IMG/VR virus record: IMGVR_UViG_3300046520_000318
Source: an uncultured virus (IMG/VR IMGVR_UViG_3300046520_000318)
Taxonomy: Duplodnaviria > Heunggongvirae > Uroviricota > Caudoviricetes
Reading direction: 5' to 3' (one strand)
Length of the DNA: 64,000 nt
Shown here: positions 26,708-35,695 of the stretch, in pieces
Position numbering within the stretch: position 1 is the first letter of the stretch
Layout: the number at the start of each line of letters is the position of its first letter
Notes under the pieces: model-generated
Database searches by the model: none
What the model was told of the DNA's origin: nothing
What the model saw: only the letters and a program-made list of their open reading frames with translations
Translations under genes and position numbers: made by a program

Positions 26708-27091
26708 ATGCAGGATTCCCAAACGATTGAGGAGGCTTCCGACCAGCAACTGGTTGAGTTAGCAGGTAAAGCTATCAGTTACGTGATTGTCCCGCACATA
26801 GAAGAGCGAATGCATTCCGATAGTCAGGTGATGTATCGCTTCGCAGTACAGACCCCTTTCGGTCTCAAAGCCTGGAATCCACTGATTGATGATGCTCATG
26901 CATTTCATCTGGCGGTAAAGCTCAAAATTCAGATCACCCCTGGAACCTACAACAATGAGCACGTCACGGCGTTCAGTCCTGATGGTTTCGAATCAGTAGA
27001 GCATCCGAGCTTCAGCATGGATGAGTTTGCATCTACCCGTCGAGCCATCGTTCGCGTTGCTGCTGAGGTGGGTAGGGCGATGCGTAATTAA
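26708..27091 (+). CDS. Hypothetical phage protein (WNPL.DD..AF.LAV family)
   Basis: GAGG RBS; WNPLIDDAHAFHLAVKL...TRRAIVRVAAEVG. Confidence 0.7.
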   Translation: MQDSQTIEEASDQQLVELAGKAISYVIVPHIEERMHSDSQVMYRFAVQTPFGLKAWNPLIDDAHAFHLAVKLKIQITPGTYNNEHVTAFSPDGFESVEHPSFSMDEFASTRRAIVRVAAEVGRAMRN

Positions 27092-27100
27092 TATAGCCGC

Positions 27101-27128
27101 TTGCAATACCAGATCAGTCACAAATCCT
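27101..27128 (+). promoter_or_regulatory. CAGTCACA promoter-like element
   Basis: TTGCAA-taccagatCAGTCACA-AATCCT. Confidence 0.65.
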
Positions 27129-27179
27129 CAAGGCTCCTGTCAACTGAATCTGTTCCACAAACGCACCGGAGCCTTACCC

Positions 27180-27476
27180 ATGATGATCAAACGCTTCCTG
27201 TCCTTCGCCTGCCTCGCGCTCTGCGCCTGTTTCGGTTCCGCCTTCGCGTCCACCATGGACAAGCCCAGTTATGTGCTGTCCAGCCTGAAGTCCATCGGTG
27301 AGTTCCACGGTGCCTCTGTCGCGCGACTCGACATCGCCCTGGTTCACTGGCGCTCCGGTGGCGAACCGACCACAACCAGCCTTGCTTCCAATCTGCGCGC
27401 CGAGGGCAACCACTTCGTGATGAGTTCAGCCAAGTTGCAGCCTGAACCAGCTGACGGCGAATCAATCGCCGCCTAA
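27180..27476 (+). CDS. Small exported protein with signal peptide
   Basis: MMIKRFLSFACLALCACFGSAFA- signal peptide; GGAG RBS. Confidence 0.7.
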   Translation: MMIKRFLSFACLALCACFGSAFASTMDKPSYVLSSLKSIGEFHGASVARLDIALVHWRSGGEPTTTSLASNLRAEGNHFVMSSAKLQPEPADGESIAA

Positions 27477-27496
27477 ATACGAAGCCCGGACCAAAG

Positions 27497-27524
27497 AAAA
27501 AGCCCTGCGTCGACGGGGCTTTTT
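27497..27524. terminator. Bidirectional intrinsic terminator
   Basis: AAAAAGCCCTG...CGGGGCTTTTT. Confidence 0.8.
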
Positions 27525-27532
27525 CATGCCTG

Positions 27533-27560
27533 TTGCAAATCGGGTTGAGTCACATAGCCT
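27533..27560 (+). promoter_or_regulatory. (G)AGTCACA promoter-like element
   Basis: TTGCAA-atcgggttGAGTCACA-TAGCCT. Confidence 0.7.
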
Positions 27561-27582
27561 CGACTCAAACCAAGGGGGCAAC

Positions 27583-27894
27583 ATGACCAGACCGGCGCTG
27601 CAAACTGATTCATTCAGTGACCAATTTTATTACGACGATGTTACGGGCGAGCTGACCTGGAAGACTGTTCGGGCTCAATCACGATCAAAGCCCGGTGATC
27701 GGGCAGGGTACGTTTCCACTATCGGCGGTCGCCGCTACAAACTGGTAGGGATCGGCCGCAAGACGCATGTGGTGGGCCGGGTCGTCGCGGCGATGTTCTT
27801 GGGACTTCGGCCTGAACAGCAGGTGGAATACCTGGACGGAGATGCAACCAACACGCGAATTGAAAATTTAAAGCCAAAGCAGCGCGTTAGTTAA
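27583..27894 (+). CDS. HNH-endonuclease-like protein with degenerate active site
   Basis: FYYDDVTGELTW...GDRAG...VEYLDGDATNTRIENL; the usual VDH is replaced by VEY. Confidence 0.65.
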   Translation: MTRPALQTDSFSDQFYYDDVTGELTWKTVRAQSRSKPGDRAGYVSTIGGRRYKLVGIGRKTHVVGRVVAAMFLGLRPEQQVEYLDGDATNTRIENLKPKQRVS

Positions 27895-27900
27895 CGCCTG

Positions 27901-27928
27901 TTGCACGACAAATCCAGTCACATAGCCT
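27901..27928 (+). promoter_or_regulatory. CAGTCACA promoter-like element before terL
   Basis: TTGCAC-gacaaatcCAGTCACA-TAGCCT. Confidence 0.78.
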
Positions 27929-27951
27929 GCGGTGCATCACCTAACCCGGTT

Positions 27952-29496
27952 ATGCCAATGTCGCTAGACGCCATGTGCACAAAGCTTATCGAGGACGATG
28001 AGCTTTACTGCAAGGTTGCCCTAAAGATCCGCACCAAAGAAGGCGCGGTGCTTCCGTTTGTGTGGAATGACGCCCAGCGCATACTGCACGAAGCTATCGA
28101 AAAGCAGCGCGCCGAGAAGGGCTGGGTTCGGGTAATTGTGCTCAAGGGTAGACAGCAGGGTATCAGCACGTACGTCGCTGCGAGGTTTTTCAAAAAGACC
28201 AGCATGAACAATGGCAAGCGGACGATGATCCTCACCCACCTCGATTCAGCCACGCAGAACCTGTTTGGCATGGCGAGGACCTTCTACGAGCAAATGCCGT
28301 CCTTCATGCGCCCTGTCACCAAGGCAAATTCAAGCCATGAGCTGTCCTTTGCAAAGAGAAATGGCGGCTACAAGGTAGCAACAGCGGGCAGTCCTGCAGC
28401 TGGTCGGTCAGGCACGGTTCAGTATCTGCATGCTTCGGAGATGGCGTTCTATCCCAACGCGCAGGAAATCATGGCTGGCTTGGGGCAAAGTCTGCCGTTG
28501 ATCGAAGGAACCGAGGGCATTATTGAATCTACGGCAAATGGTCTGGGTAATCTTTTCCACGAATATTGGGTGAAGGCCGAGGCTGGTGAATCTGATTACA
28601 TGGCCGTTTTCATTCCATGGTTTGCGGATAGAGGCTACCGCCGTAGCGACTTTTCCTTCGAAATGTCGGATGAGGATTACGAATATCAAGAGGCCTACGG
28701 CCTCGACGAAGAGCAGATGTCGTGGCGCGCCGCCAAGATCGCAACCGACTTCGCTGGCGACCACAACTGGTTCAACCAGGAATACCCGGCCACCGTTGAC
28801 CTCGCATTCCAGCGCATCGGTCATAAGCCGCTGATCAACACGGTAAAGGTATCTCTCGCCCGAAAACGACCGCTCAAGAATGCCCAGCGCATCGGCGCCC
28901 ATGTTGTAGGTCTCGACCCTGGGCGTGGCGGCGACCCTTCAGTGTTCATCCATCGCCAAGGCCGTGTGGCTTGGGGGCTGGAGCGCAACAAATCCGCAGA
29001 CACCATGAACGTAGCGGGCCAAGCCGCCCGGATGCTCCGCGAAGATCCAACCATCCGCATGATGTTCATCGATATCGGCGGAATCGGTGCGGGTGTTTAT
29101 GACCGGCTCGTGGAGCTAGGCTTTGGCGACCGCGTCACCGCCGTGAACTTCGGGTCATCTGCCTCTGACCAGCGCAAGTACTTCAACAAGCGCTCCGAGA
29201 TGTGGGGCGAGATGGCTGAATGGATTCACGACGATATAACCCCTTGCATACCTGACGATGACCGCCTGCATGGCGACCTCACCTCCGCTCGCGGCGACCA
29301 GTACAGCAGCAACGGTCAGCTGAAGCTGGATAAGAAAGAGGAGATCAAGAAGGTGTTGCGCCGCTCCCCAGACGATGGCGATGCACTTGCTCTGACTTTC
29401 GCCGAGCCGGTTTCCGCTGACGATGTATTCACAGAAGACTGGAAAGCAAAGCTGCTGAACCGGAATTCCCGAAACAAATCTGCGATGAGTGCCTGA
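27952..29496 (+). CDS. terL: Terminase large subunit
   Basis: LKGRQQGIST Walker A, LHASE Walker B, ESTANG, GLDP nuclease motif, SPDDGDALALTFA. Confidence 0.93.
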   Translation: MPMSLDAMCTKLIEDDELYCKVALKIRTKEGAVLPFVWNDAQRILHEAIEKQRAEKGWVRVIVLKGRQQGISTYVAARFFKKTSMNNGKRTMILTHLDSATQNLFGMARTFYEQMPSFMRPVTKANSSHELSFAKRNGGYKVATAGSPAAGRSGTVQYLHASEMAFYPNAQEIMAGLGQSLPLIEGTEGIIESTANGLGNLFHEYWVKAEAGESDYMAVFIPWFADRGYRRSDFSFEMSDEDYEYQEAYGLDEEQMSWRAAKIATDFAGDHNWFNQEYPATVDLAFQRIGHKPLINTVKVSLARKRPLKNAQRIGAHVVGLDPGRGGDPSVFIHRQGRVAWGLERNKSADTMNVAGQAARMLREDPTIRMMFIDIGGIGAGVYDRLVELGFGDRVTAVNFGSSASDQRKYFNKRSEMWGEMAEWIHDDITPCIPDDDRLHGDLTSARGDQYSSNGQLKLDKKEEIKKVLRRSPDDGDALALTFAEPVSADDVFTEDWKAKLLNRNSRNKSAMSA

Positions 29497-31675
29497 TATG
29501 GCTGAAGCCTCCGAAAACCAGAAAGCGACGGACAACTGGTCGCGCTACGAGTACGGTCTCAACCGTGGTCATCGCGATTACGTCGAGAAGGCTCGCGAGT
29601 GCGAGAACTATTACCTGGGCGGCGGCTGCCAGTGGAAGGACATCGACCGGCAAATTCTAGCCGAGGCTGGCCGTCCTGCTCTGGAATTCAACCAGATCAA
29701 GAACAAGATCAACGCAGCCGTGGGTTACCAGATAGGCAACCGCATGGATATCGGTTTCCGCCCACGCGCGGGTGCAGCTGATGCCGAGACGGCCAGCACG
29801 CTCTCAAAGCTCGCCATGCAGATCGCTGACAATAACCTGCTGCACTTCAAGGAAACGCAGGTGTTCAGCGATGGTGTGATTCAGCAGCGAGGTTACTTCG
29901 ACATTCGCATGAGCTACGCCGATACGATCCTCGGCGAGATCAAGATTGACATCCTCGACCCAATGGACGTGATTCCGGATCCTGACGCGAACAGCTACGA
30001 CCCTGACGATTGGGCTGACGTAACCATCACTCGAATGCTCACCCAGGTCGAGATTGAGATGCTGATGGGCACCAAGGCGCTCAAGGCGCTGGACGACGAG
30101 GATTACTCCGGCGACACCTTCCTGCCGGTGGCCGATGACGTCGAACGCGCGAAGTTCGGTGATGCCGATGCCTTCTTTCCAGAGTTCTACGGCGAAGACG
30201 AGGATGACAAGTCCACCAAGCGCTACCGGATCATCGATCGGCAGTTCTGGCAGATGGATACGGCTGACGTCGTGATCAGCGCGACGGGCGACATCCGACT
30301 GGTCGAGGACATCAACCCCAATGCCGTTGACGAGATGATCGCCGCCGGCGGGATTCGCCAGAAGCGCAAGGTCCGACGTGTGCGTTGGTTGATCACCACC
30401 AAGGACAAAGTCCTGCACGATGATTGGTCCCCATTCAACCACTTCACCGTGGTTCCGTTCTTTCCGACTTTCCGCCGCGGCAAGACTCGTGGCCTTGTGG
30501 ATGATGCGATCGGCCCGCAGCAGCTGCTCAACAAGTCTATGAGCCAGTTCCTGCACATCATCAATACCACTGCGAACAGCGGCTGGATCACGGTTGCGGG
30601 TACGCTCACCAACATGGCCGATGGCGAATTAGCTGGCCGAGGGGCTGAAACGGGCCTGCACCTGGTCATCAAGAAAGGAACCGATGCACTAGACCGGCCC
30701 CAGAAGATTCAGCCCAACCAGGTGCCCACTGGTTTCGACCGCATCATCGACCGTGCCTCGGTGCTGCTGGAGAGCGCCACCGGCGTCAATCAGGCAATGT
30801 CTGGCAATCAAGGCAACGAAGTCTCAGGTATCGCCATCCAGACCCGTCAATTCGCCGCACAGCAGCAATTGGCCGTACCGCTGGATAATCTGGGGCGTAC
30901 TCGCTCGATGGTTGCCCAGCGAGTCCTTGAGCTGATCCAGATGTATTACGACCAGCCGCGCATCATGCGCATTACTGAGTCCGACCCATCAGGCAGGGAA
31001 TCGACCACTGAAATTCCTCTGAACTGGCCGCAGGCTGACGCGCGCATCCTCAACGATTTAACCATCGGCGAATATGACGTGGTCATCACCGAGGCGCCGG
31101 CGCAGATCACCTTCGAGAACAGCCAGTTCCTGCAAGCCATTGAGCTCAACGAGAAAGGCGCGAATATCCCGTGGCCGTTCATCATCGGTTACTCGAACCT
31201 CGCCAATAAGCAGGAAATCGTCGACGCGATGTCGCAGCAGCCAGCGCCGCCAGTTGATCCTACCTTGCAGGCCAAAGCCGATCTGCTGGCCGCCCAGGCG
31301 CAGAAGACCCAAGCAGAAACCACTCGCTCGCAGGCGGATGCAGCCAAATCAGCCGCGAGTCTGGACCTGCTCAAGGCCCAAGCCGACGACACCCGGGCAG
31401 ATACCGTTTCCAAGTCCGTGACGGCACAGTTCAGCGCCATTCAGACAGCTGCAACCATCGCGCAGACCCCGGCCACAGCCAGCCTCGCGGATGCGCTGCT
31501 GATGTCGGCGGGATATGTCGACCACGACGCAGCTCCAATCGTCCCGGAATACACCGGGACCGTCCTGGCAGCACCTGACCTTCCCAAGAACACCAACCCA
31601 CTCACACCGGCAAGCCCTGCTGTAGGCATGGACACCGGCATCGAAACCCAGCGCATCGAAGGAGTACCCGCATGA
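29489..31675 (+). CDS. Portal protein (P22-like, long C-terminal barrel)
   Basis: 728 aa after terL; GRPALEFNQI...G.Q, RGLVDDAIGPQ..LNK, SGIAIQTRQ. Confidence 0.88.
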   Translation: MPDMAEASENQKATDNWSRYEYGLNRGHRDYVEKARECENYYLGGGCQWKDIDRQILAEAGRPALEFNQIKNKINAAVGYQIGNRMDIGFRPRAGAADAETASTLSKLAMQIADNNLLHFKETQVFSDGVIQQRGYFDIRMSYADTILGEIKIDILDPMDVIPDPDANSYDPDDWADVTITRMLTQVEIEMLMGTKALKALDDEDYSGDTFLPVADDVERAKFGDADAFFPEFYGEDEDDKSTKRYRIIDRQFWQMDTADVVISATGDIRLVEDINPNAVDEMIAAGGIRQKRKVRRVRWLITTKDKVLHDDWSPFNHFTVVPFFPTFRRGKTRGLVDDAIGPQQLLNKSMSQFLHIINTTANSGWITVAGTLTNMADGELAGRGAETGLHLVIKKGTDALDRPQKIQPNQVPTGFDRIIDRASVLLESATGVNQAMSGNQGNEVSGIAIQTRQFAAQQQLAVPLDNLGRTRSMVAQRVLELIQMYYDQPRIMRITESDPSGRESTTEIPLNWPQADARILNDLTIGEYDVVITEAPAQITFENSQFLQAIELNEKGANIPWPFIIGYSNLANKQEIVDAMSQQPAPPVDPTLQAKADLLAAQAQKTQAETTRSQADAAKSAASLDLLKAQADDTRADTVSKSVTAQFSAIQTAATIAQTPATASLADALLMSAGYVDHDAAPIVPEYTGTVLAAPDLPKNTNPLTPASPAVGMDTGIETQRIEGVPA

Positions 31676-31836
31676 GCAAGTCCGACATCGCCGCCGAAGA
31701 CATGAAATGGAAGGTTGAGCAGGACCTTCGTTCGCTGGCTGAGGCCGCCGAGATTCAGAAAGACCCGAAACGACTGAAAGCCGCGCAGGCATTGGCCAAA
31801 GAAAAAATGGCCGAACTGCAGAAGATCGCCAAGTAA
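31672..31836 (+). CDS. Small hypothetical head-region protein (54 aa); not in the ORF track
   Basis: AAGGAG RBS, ATGA overlap with the portal; MSKSDIAAEDMKW... Confidence 0.65.
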   Translation: MSKSDIAAEDMKWKVEQDLRSLAEAAEIQKDPKRLKAAQALAKEKMAELQKIAK

Positions 31837-31859
31837 TTACGAGCACCCAGGGGCAGACC

Positions 31860-32822
31860 ATGAGCAAAGCTGAAGCAGTACAAGAATCGCAGGAAGACAT
31901 CAACGCTCGACTGGCCGAAGAGGCCGCGCTGAGCGGGGAAGACTACGTGCCGCCGCAGGATGACCCTGATGGCGCCGTAGCACAGCAGTCAGTAAAGCCT
32001 GATGACCAGTCCGCGCCGGGCGGCGGTGAGTTGGACAACGACCAGCCACAGTACAGCGCCGACACCTTGGCATCTATCGCCGGCGACGATAAGCCGAAGA
32101 TGATCCCGCACGCCCGTTTCAACGAGGTCAACGAAGAGGCCAAGCTGCACCGTGCGCGCGTCCTTGAACTGGAAGAGGAGCTTGCTCGTGCCAAGGGCTC
32201 GGCCCCGGCTGCCGCACCGAAGAAGGAAGAACCGCCAGCACAATACGACTTCGACGACGCCGAAGATCGCTATCAAGCAGCATTCCTGGACGGCGACAGC
32301 ACCAAAGCAAAGCAGATTCGAGCCGAGATCCGCGCGGAGGAACGCAAGGCCGCCATTGCCGAGGCTGAGCAGGTCGCGGACCGCCGCTATCAAGCCAACA
32401 AAGCCACGGATGACGCGAAGCGCGCCAAGCTTGAATTCGAGCTCGCGTTGAGCAAGGCCTATGCCGCGTATCCTTTCCTCAGCGTGGACAGCGACGACAA
32501 GAATCAGGATGCCATCGACGAAACGCTGGTATGGCACCAGCACTTTGTCGCCAAGGGCAAGAGCCCAGCCGAGGCGTTGGAACTGGCTGCCGCAAAAATC
32601 GGGCCTCGTTATGCCGCAACCAAGGCTGAGCCTGCAGCCAAGACGCCTGACCCGGTTAAGCCTGATATTCAGAAAGGTTTGGATCGTGCCGCCAAGGTGC
32701 CTGGCAAGCCAGCGGGCGTCGGAGCGCGCGCCTCTAGCCTGGACGTGTCGAAGATGACCGGTAAGGAGCTAAAGAGCCTGTCCGCCGAGGATGAGGCCGC
32801 GCTAGCTGGCGATGTTGTCTAG
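31860..32822 (+). CDS. Scaffolding protein (putative)
   Basis: Acidic and helical, IPHARFNEVNEE motif, located between portal and capsid. Confidence 0.75.
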   Translation: MSKAEAVQESQEDINARLAEEAALSGEDYVPPQDDPDGAVAQQSVKPDDQSAPGGGELDNDQPQYSADTLASIAGDDKPKMIPHARFNEVNEEAKLHRARVLELEEELARAKGSAPAAAPKKEEPPAQYDFDDAEDRYQAAFLDGDSTKAKQIRAEIRAEERKAAIAEAEQVADRRYQANKATDDAKRAKLEFELALSKAYAAYPFLSVDSDDKNQDAIDETLVWHQHFVAKGKSPAEALELAAAKIGPRYAATKAEPAAKTPDPVKPDIQKGLDRAAKVPGKPAGVGARASSLDVSKMTGKELKSLSAEDEAALAGDVV

Positions 32823-32850
32823 TTGACGAAGCAATCCAGTCACATAAGTT
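32823..32850 (+). promoter_or_regulatory. CAGTCACA promoter-like element before the capsid gene
   Basis: TTGACG-aagcaatcCAGTCACA-TAAGTT. Confidence 0.8.
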
Positions 32851-32856
32851 CGTAAC

Positions 32857-33024
32857 TGCTGCGCCATCGGGACAAGGACGTCATCCAGCTTTCACAGTGG
32901 ATGGCCGACCCGAGCAGCTCGCTCACCGAGTCACGGTGTCTCTCGCCAGCAGGGCGTAAAGCTGACCTGTTTCAAGCGCATCAGGAGCGCCCAAACCTGT
33001 CCTCGCGAGGGTGGCGACATACCC
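32857..33024 (+). ncRNA. Structured capsid 5' leader (long hairpin plus tandem pseudoknots)
   Basis: Pairings read by hand; see findings. Confidence 0.6.
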
Positions 33025-33058
33025 AGAACCACAAAGCCACCTTTATAGGAATGCCCTC

Positions 33059-34177
33059 ATGGCAACTACCAATTTCGCGGCCCTTCAGCCGCAACAAAAA
33101 GTCTACTGGTCGAAAAAGACCTGGGAATCCGCTCGGGACGACATGTTCCTGAACAAATTCCTGGGCGACGGCGAATCCGCAATCATCCAGCACATCACCG
33201 AGCTGACCAAAACCGAGAAGGGCACTCAGGTCATCATGAACCTGGTTGCTGACCTTGTTGGCGACGGCGTCACCGGTGACAACTGGCGTGAAGGCAACGA
33301 AGAAGAAATGCAGGCGTACTTCCAGGAGATCCAGATTGATCTGATCTCCAACGCAGTGCGCAGCAAAGGCAAGTTGGCCGAGCAGAAGTCCGTGATCGAC
33401 TTCCGCCGCATGGCTCGCGGCCGTCTCTCCAACTGGCTGGCCCAGCGTGTTGATGAATTGGCAATCCTGACGCTGTCGGGTATCGCCTACAACTTCAACA
33501 CCGACGGCTCGGCCCGTGTCGGTTCCGCCTTCCCGGGTCTGGCTTTTGCCGCTGACGTGAGTGCCCCCTCATCGAAACGGTATCTGACCTGGGACGGCTC
33601 TAATCTGATCGCCGGCAGCACCGCCGCGATCGCCGCTACCGGCATCCCGAAATACAAGATGATCGTGGATCTCATCGCTTACGCGAAGTCGCACCACATC
33701 CGTCCTGTCATCTCCGGTGGCAAAGAGTACTACGTGCTGCTTGTACAGCCTGGCACCCTGGCGGCCCTGAAAATGGACCCGCTGTGGCAGAACGGGATCA
33801 CCAATGCAGGGGTTCGCGGCGATAACAACCCATGGTTCACCGGTGCAACCATCACGGTTGACGGCGCAATCATTCACGAGTCGAACAAGGTCTACACCAC
33901 ACTGGGCGCACCTGCGGGCAGCAAATGGGGCGCTGGCGGCAACATCAACGGCACCCGCACTCTGCTGCTGGGTTCGCAGGCTCTGGGCTTCGCTGACATC
34001 GATCAGGGCGGCGCGGGCTGGGTTGAGAAGTTGTTCAACTACGACACCCAGATGGGCGTCTCCCTCGACCGTTTCATCGGCTTCAAAAAACCTCAGTTCT
34101 ACAGCATCTACGACAAGTCGGTTCAAGACTTTGGCGTGGTCGCTGTCGACCACTATCTGCCGAACTCGGGCGCTTAA
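33059..34177 (+). CDS. Major capsid protein (N4-gp56/DUF4043-like)
   Basis: IIQHITELTKTEKG...GVTGDN.REGNEE...DFGVVAVD; AGGA RBS. Confidence 0.88.
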   Translation: MATTNFAALQPQQKVYWSKKTWESARDDMFLNKFLGDGESAIIQHITELTKTEKGTQVIMNLVADLVGDGVTGDNWREGNEEEMQAYFQEIQIDLISNAVRSKGKLAEQKSVIDFRRMARGRLSNWLAQRVDELAILTLSGIAYNFNTDGSARVGSAFPGLAFAADVSAPSSKRYLTWDGSNLIAGSTAAIAATGIPKYKMIVDLIAYAKSHHIRPVISGGKEYYVLLVQPGTLAALKMDPLWQNGITNAGVRGDNNPWFTGATITVDGAIIHESNKVYTTLGAPAGSKWGAGGNINGTRTLLLGSQALGFADIDQGGAGWVEKLFNYDTQMGVSLDRFIGFKKPQFYSIYDKSVQDFGVVAVDHYLPNSGA

Positions 34178-34186
34178 GGAGGCCTC

Positions 34187-34579
34187 ATGAACTACTTCCA
34201 TTACGACCATCAATGGCCAGTGATTGGCTACAACGAAATGCTCTCCGCTGACTTCGCCACCGTTGCGACGCAGAACGTGGTCGTGCTTCCAGAAGGCTCG
34301 ATGGTCATCCGCGCGTTCGTCGTGGTGACCACTCCGTACAACTCGGCTACCACTGCAACCCTGAGCGTGGGTGACGCAGCAACGCCGGCTCGTTACGGCG
34401 CTGGTATTGATCTGAAGACCGCTGGCATCAAAGCGCTGACACCAACCGGTTACATCACCCCAGGGCAAGGCCCTGTAACCGTGACCTTCGCTCAGACAGG
34501 CGCAGCAGCAACTGCCGGTGCCGCCCGCGTGTACATCGAGTACGTCGTGGACCGCAAAGGTGACGAAATCTCCGAGTAA
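34187..34579 (+). CDS. Putative capsid decoration protein
   Basis: Beta-rich 130 aa immediately after the capsid gene, followed by a hairpin. Confidence 0.6.
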   Translation: MNYFHYDHQWPVIGYNEMLSADFATVATQNVVVLPEGSMVIRAFVVVTTPYNSATTATLSVGDAATPARYGAGIDLKTAGIKALTPTGYITPGQGPVTVTFAQTGAAATAGAARVYIEYVVDRKGDEISE

Positions 34580-34633
34580 TACCAAGCCGCCCCGGTCCGC
34601 CGGGGCATTCAAACATTTGAAGGGGCAATAACC

Positions 34634-35029
34634 ATGGCTGAACCACTACGCATCCTCCCGCCGAAAGGCGAAGAATCCTATCCAGTTTTCCTGCCGTCCG
34701 GGCACAGCATTCGCGTCTATCAGACCGATCCTGCCGACGGCGAGCAGGGAAGCGTGATCCCAAGCAAGTTCCACAAACACGCCCTGAAAGCGGGGTGCAT
34801 CTACTTGGGCGCCCAATACGAAGAAGACGAGAGCGACGATCAGTCTGGCTCTGAAAACGGCGCACTGATCATCAAAGCTATTGAAGCCATCATCGAGCGC
34901 GACGAAGCGGACGATCTGGACAACACCGGCAAGCCGACCCTGAAAGCCCTGAAGGCGCAGGCAGGCTTCAACGTGACCCGCGCCCAGGCTAACGACGCTT
35001 GGGACCACTTCCAAGACTCGCTGGCATAA
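34634..35029 (+). CDS. Hypothetical virion-assembly protein
   Basis: ORF with RBS in the structural operon. Confidence 0.6.
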   Translation: MAEPLRILPPKGEESYPVFLPSGHSIRVYQTDPADGEQGSVIPSKFHKHALKAGCIYLGAQYEEDESDDQSGSENGALIIKAIEAIIERDEADDLDNTGKPTLKALKAQAGFNVTRAQANDAWDHFQDSLA

Positions 35030-35032
35030 GTC

Positions 35033-35695
35033 ATGGCTTACGAGACCGTCAGCGCGCTCATAAAAGCCTTTCGTGAAGACGAAAAGGACGCCGTTGAGCC
35101 TTATTTCTGGTCCGATAACCAGTTGGTTCGATGGGCGAATGAGGCGCTGACGGAGTTCGCCGAGCAGTCGAAGAGCTTTTACGACGACGACAGCGACGTC
35201 ACCCTGATTCCGTATGGCGTCGGCGAAGATCGCTTTGAGCTAGACCCCTGCATCATTGATGTTGTCGATGCCTGGATCGAGGGAAGTCCTTCATGCCGCC
35301 TTCAGCGATGCTTGAGTGGCTTCGGGAATGGGTTTCGTGGTGGCTACTGGATGGCCTACAACGGCTGCGGCTCGCATTTCCACTTCAATCCGGTCGGCAC
35401 CCTGAAGCTTTACCCAAAACCGACTGCTGCCGGTGAGGTTCGGCTGCAGGTCATCCGCCGGCCGATCAAGGAGCTCGCGAAGTGTGATCGCATTCCCGAC
35501 ATGCTTCCGTCAGATCGGCGCCATTTGCTCGCGTATATGGCCTACAAGGCCTATCGGGTGAATGAGGGTGAAACCTACAGCATCGAAAGCTCTGACAAGC
35601 ACTTGGCTCGATTTGAGGCAGCCTGCCAGACCGCTCTGGAGAAAGGGATTCTTCGTCGCGGCGATTGCTCTCGCCCAATCCGGAGCAACTGGTAA
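35033..35695 (+). CDS. Head-tail adaptor (putative)
   Basis: WSDNQLVRWANEAL...LKLYPKP...YMAYKAY pattern; position. Confidence 0.65.
   Translation: MAYETVSALIKAFREDEKDAVEPYFWSDNQLVRWANEALTEFAEQSKSFYDDDSDVTLIPYGVGEDRFELDPCIIDVVDAWIEGSPSCRLQRCLSGFGNGFRGGYWMAYNGCGSHFHFNPVGTLKLYPKPTAAGEVRLQVIRRPIKELAKCDRIPDMLPSDRRHLLAYMAYKAYRVNEGETYSIESSDKHLARFEAACQTALEKGILRRGDCSRPIRSNW

Noticed and set aside
33569..34612. 347-aa minus-strand ORF and similar long antisense ORFs (e.g. 29804..30556, 10034..10687, 56312..57061)
   Set aside because: Shadow frames of well-supported genes in GC-rich DNA.
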